A DNA stretch of 64,000 bases, from assembly GCA_034521815.1 (NCBI GenBank), contig JAXHLW010000013.1, forward strand, positions 576,001 to 640,000. Reading direction: 5' to 3'. The notes under the pieces were generated by a model. It ran no database searches. It was given only the letters and a program-made list of their open reading frames with translations, and had not been told where the DNA came from. This document shows positions 60,020 to 64,000 of the stretch, piece by piece. Numbering within the stretch: the first letter of the stretch is position 1; each line of letters starts with the position of its first letter. The DNA comes from Trueperaceae bacterium. GTDB lineage: Bacteria > Deinococcota > Deinococci > Deinococcales > Trueperaceae. The translations under genes and the position numbers were made by a program.

Positions 60020-60050
60020 GCGCCCCCGGCGAGCTTCTCGCCGGGGGCGC
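60020..60050. terminator. Perfect 14-bp inverted repeat after malK (no U-tract)
   Basis: GCGCCCCCGGCGAG-ctt-CTCGCCGGGGGCGC. Confidence 0.5.
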
Positions 60051-60101
60051 ACGCGTTCCAGGCGGCGTGACGATCGCGAAGACTCGGCTATCCTCGGCGT
60101 C

Positions 60102-62262
60102 ATGGTCCTCGCCGCCCTCCGCAACGCCGAAAAACAGTACGGACAGCGCACCGTGCTGGACGGCGTCACGCTGGAGCTCAGAGAAGGCGCGCGCACCGCG
60201 CTGATCGGCCGCAACGGGGCGGGGAAGAGCACGATCCTGCGGCTGCTGGGCGGAACCGAAGCGCCCGACGCCGGCGAGGCGTGGCTGCGCGACGGCACGA
60301 TCGTCGGCACCCTGAAGCAAGACCCCGACTTTCCCGAAGGTCGGCGCGTGCTGGACGTGTGCGAGGTGGCGTTCGCCGACCTGGACGCGATGGAGGCCCG
60401 GCTGCAGGAGCTCGAGGCCGCCGGCCTGGACGACCCGGACACCTTCCACGCCTGGGAGATCCTCCACGGCGCGTTCGAGCGGCGCGGCGGCTACCAGCGT
60501 CGCGCCCGCCGCGACATGGTGCTGCACGCCCTGGGGTTCGCCGGCCGCGAGCACGACGAGGTCGCCCGCTTCAGCGGCGGCGAGAAGACCCGCCTGGCGC
60601 TGGCGCGGCTGCTGATGCGGGCGCCCGACGTGCTGCTCCTGGACGAGCCGACGAACCACCTGGACGTCGAGATGCGCAGCTGGCTCGAAGGCTGGCTGGC
60701 GCGCTACCCCGGCGCCGCGTTGCTGGTCAGCCACGACCGCGCGTTCCTGGACGGCGCCTGCGACCGCACCGCCGAGGTGGGCCGCGGCCGCCTGCGCGAG
60801 CGGCCCGGCAACCCCACCGCGTTCCGCGAAGCCCAAGCCGAGCAGGACCGGATCGAGGCCCGCACCCGCGGCAATCAGCGCAAAGAGGAGGCCCGGCTGG
60901 CGAGCGCCGCGGCGCAGATGCGCAAGTTCGCTGGCCAGAACGCCAAGCTGATGCGCCGCGCCCTGGCGATGGAGACGCGCCTCGAGCGTCTCCGCGACGG
61001 CATGATCGACGATGCCGAGCGCGACGAGCGCTCCGTCCGCTTCCTGTTCGGCGAGGGACGCGGCGGCGAGCAGGTCCTCTACGCCCGGCACCTCAGCAAG
61101 GCGTACGGCGGGGAGACGCTGTTCCGCGACGTGGACCTGGTGCTCCGCGCCGGCGAGCGGATCGCCGTCACCGGCCCCAACGGCGCCGGCAAGAGCACCT
61201 TCCTGCGGCTGCTGCTGGGCGAGGCCGCCAGCGACGATCCGCGCGCCCTGCTGCGTTGGGGAAGCCGCGTGCGGGTGGGCTACTACGATCAGGAGCTGCG
61301 CGGCGTGGACCCCGAGCGGACGCTGATCGAGGAGCTGATCCGCATGGTCGGCGACCGCGAGGCGCACGACCTGCTCGGCCGCTTCCTGTTCCCCTACGAC
61401 GCGCAGTTCAAGACGGTCGCCCAGCTCTCGGGCGGCGAGCGCGCCCGGCTGGCGCTGCTCAAGCTCACCCTCGGCTCGCACGACCTGCTGATCCTGGACG
61501 AGCCCACCAACCACCTGGACGTCGAGATGATCGAGGCGCTCGAAGCCGCGCTGGACGCGTTCTCGGGCACGCTGATCCTGGTCAGCCACGACCGGCGCTT
61601 CATCGGCCGGCTCGCGACGCGGGTGTGGGAGATCGAGGACGGCCGGTTCGAGGACTACGAGGGCGACTGGGACTTCTTCCGCCGCAAGCGCGAGGAGCGG
61701 CGCGTCGTGGCCACGGGCGCCGAGCGGGGCGACGCTGTCGACGCGGCTGGCGGAGGCACGGCGCAGGCGACCACCGCGACCAGCTCGAGCAGCGGCGCTC
61801 CCTCCGAGAGCAGCACCGGAGCACCGCACCGAGAGCACCGCACCTGGGAGAGCCGAGTCCGACAGCGCCCCTCGCGCAGGCACCTCGACCAACGATGTTT
61901 CGCCCGACAAGGTTTCGGGCGGCGAGGTCCAGCCCACCGGGGCCGCCTCGGCCGATGGCACGGCTACCGACACCACCGCTGCCGATACCACCGCTGCCGA
62001 CACCGACCCCCGCTTCGACGCGCTGAGCCCGTGGAAGCTCGAGCGCGAGCTCGAGACGCTCGAAGCGCGCGTCACCGAGCTCGAGGACGAGCTCGAGAGC
62101 TTGAACGAGCGCCTCGCGGACCCAGGCGCGCACGACGGCGCCGAGCTCGGCGAGCTGGGCCGCGCCCACGCCCGGGCCGAGGCGGCGCTACTCGAGGCGA
62201 TGGAGACGTGGGAGGCCGCCGGCCGGACGCTGGAGTCCAAGCGCGCGCTGCGCAGCGGCTGA
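60102..62262 (+). CDS. ABC-F family ATPase with C-terminal coiled coil (frameshift near 61830-61960)
   Basis: Two ABC domains (GRNGAGKST, FSGGEKTR, LLLDEPTNHLD; GPNGAGKST, LSGGERAR); tail WKLERELETLEARVTELE...METWE in the shifted frame. Confidence 0.9.
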
Positions 62263-62324
62263 CCGAGGCGGGCGCCACGGTCCGGTCGAGAACCACGCTC
62301 GAGCACCGCGGTACAGTGACGCCC

Positions 62325-63083
62325 ATGCAACGAGTCCGCTACCGCACCTTCGATGGCGTCCACTGGGGCGAGGTGGAGGGCGGGCGCGTCCACCAGCTCT
62401 CCGCCATGCTGGGCCGGCGCGACGGCGCCGTCGTCCCCCTCACCGACGTCTCGCTACTGCCCCCGTGCGACCCGCGCTCGATCGTGTGCGTCGGCAAGAA
62501 CTACGCCAAGCACATCGCCGAGATGGGCGGCGACGCCGGCTCGCTCCCCAAGGAGCCGGGGCTGTTCCTGAAGGCGCTGAACACCCTGAGCGGACCGGGC
62601 GACCCCATCCCGTACCCCGACTGGACCCACGAGCTGCACTACGAGGGCGAGCTGGCCGTCGTCGTCGCCCACGAGATGAAGGACGTCGCGGCCGAGGACG
62701 CGCTGAACCACGTGCTGGGCTACACCTGCGCGATCGACGTCACCGCGCGCGACAAGCAGCGATCCGACCTGCAGTGGGCCCGCGGCAAGAGCGCGGACGG
62801 CTTCTGCCCGATCGGTCCCTGGCTCGAGACGGAGCTGGACCCGACCGACACCAGCGTGCGCACCTTCGTGAACGGCGAGCTGCGCCAGGACGGCCACACC
62901 TCCGACCTGATCTTTCCCGTCGCCGAGGTGCTGTCCTACATCAGCCGCTTCCTGACCCTCGTCCCCGGCGACGTGGTGCTGACCGGGACGCCGGACGGCG
63001 TCGGGCCGCTGGCCGTCGGCGACGAGGTGGAGGTGCGCGTCTCGGGCGTCGGCTCGCTCACGGCGACCGTCGAAGCGGCGTGA
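62325..63083 (+). CDS. Fumarylacetoacetate hydrolase family protein
   Basis: IVCVGKNYAKH, LHYEGELAVV, DVTARD, GKSADGFCPIGP, GDVVLTGTPDGVG. Confidence 0.93.
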   Translation: MQRVRYRTFDGVHWGEVEGGRVHQLSAMLGRRDGAVVPLTDVSLLPPCDPRSIVCVGKNYAKHIAEMGGDAGSLPKEPGLFLKALNTLSGPGDPIPYPDWTHELHYEGELAVVVAHEMKDVAAEDALNHVLGYTCAIDVTARDKQRSDLQWARGKSADGFCPIGPWLETELDPTDTSVRTFVNGELRQDGHTSDLIFPVAEVLSYISRFLTLVPGDVVLTGTPDGVGPLAVGDEVEVRVSGVGSLTATVEAA

Positions 63084-64000
63084 GCGCAGCAGGCGCAGGC
63101 GACCGGCGCGGCCCTGGCGAGCAGCGCCCGACCGACGGTGCGCACGATCGCTCGCACGGTCGCTCGCACGGTCCCTCGCACGAGCACCCGCGCGACCTGG
63201 GCGCCGGCACCTGGCTGATCGACACGCTCCTCGCCGGCCAGCCCGCCATGGTCGGCGTGTTCGTCCAGGAGCTGCCCGACGGCTCGGCGCTGCTGATCGA
63301 GAGCGGCTCCGGCGCGACCGTCGACGCCGTCCGCGACGGCCTGGCCGCGCTGAGCCTGGGCCCGGACGACGTCGCGGCGATCGTGGTCACCCACGTGCAC
63401 CTGGATCACGCGGCGGGCGCGGGCACGCTGTCCGCCTGGTCGGACGCGCCGGTGTACGTCCATCCGCGCGGTGCGAGGCACCTGGCCGACCCCGGCCGGC
63501 TGTGGTCCAGCGCCGCCCGGATCTACGGCGACGAGATGGACCGCCTCTGGGGCCCCATGGAGCCCGTCCCCACGGACCGGCTTCGGACGCTGGACGATGA
63601 CCAGACCTGGACCGTCGGCGGGGCGCGCTACCGCGTGCTGCACACCCCCGGTCACGCCGACCATCACCTGTCGGTTCTCGATCCCCACGGCGGCGCGTTC
63701 GTGGGCGACGCGGCCGGCATCGTGCTGCCGGGCATCCCGCTGATCCGGCCCGCGCTGCCGCCCCCCGAGACCGACCTCGAGGCGGCCGAGGCGTCGTGCG
63801 AGGCGCTGGCGGCAGCGCAGCCCGACAGGCTCTTGCTCACCCATTTCGGCGCCATCGACGACGTGCACGGCCACCTGCGCGAGAGCGTCCGCCGCAACCG
63901 CGTCTGGGCCGACGAGGTTCGCGCCGGCCTGGACGCCGGCGAGGACGAGGCGGCCCTGATCGCCCGGATGGAGGCGCTGGAGGACCGCGAGCTGGACGAG
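63080..64000 (+). CDS. MBL-fold metallo-hydrolase (runs off the right edge)
   Basis: Manual translation from the GTG overlapping the FAH stop: THVHLDHAAGAG, HPRGARHLADP, HTPGHADHH, FVGDAAG. Confidence 0.9.
   Translation, partial: MSAAGAGDRRGPGEQRPTDGAHDRSHGRSHGPSHEHPRDLGAGTWLIDTLLAGQPAMVGVFVQELPDGSALLIESGSGATVDAVRDGLAALSLGPDDVAAIVVTHVHLDHAAGAGTLSAWSDAPVYVHPRGARHLADPGRLWSSAARIYGDEMDRLWGPMEPVPTDRLRTLDDDQTWTVGGARYRVLHTPGHADHHLSVLDPHGGAFVGDAAGIVLPGIPLIRPALPPPETDLEAAEASCEALAAAQPDRLLLTHFGAIDDVHGHLRESVRRNRVWADEVRAGLDAGEDEAALIARMEALEDRELDE

Noticed and set aside
60102-63083. 993-aa ABC-F/FAH fusion in the ORF track
   Set aside because: The true ABC-F coiled-coil tail with a stop at 62262 is in another frame, and FAH has its own ATG at 62325. 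An indel artefact.

Overview
High-GC bacterial chromosomal segment, most consistent with Deinococcota (Trueperaceae-like): the tmRNA tag reads GNQNYALAA and the pilin and TamB genes are Deinococcus/Thermus-style. Many otherwise intact housekeeping genes are split by single indels, so the assembly looks error-prone and split genes are treated here as single genes. Left to right: glgA (partial), CtpA protease, ABC exporter, pckA, a ~3,580-aa TamB-like protein, an acyP-trpC-SDR-M16-M16-lpt-like operon, an Ig/Ca-repeat lipoprotein, rel, LMW-PTP, SRP RNA, a major type IV pilin, three separate FimT-PilV-PilW-PilX minor-pilin cassettes, a SAM-I-controlled met operon, three TA modules, DegT, a TAXI-TRAP/aminotransferase operon, tmRNA, ABC ATPases, FAH and MBL hydrolases. 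Main observations: (1) a diverged copy of the metX 3' end lies exactly 9,060 bp downstream and brackets two convergent pilus-tip cassettes plus a decayed TA, suggesting an island integrated in metX; (2) three non-identical pilus-tip cassettes accompany one major pilin; (3) the SAM-I riboswitch is followed by a small uORF and mutually exclusive helices; (4) an Lpt-like gene trio sits in a lineage not known to make LPS.
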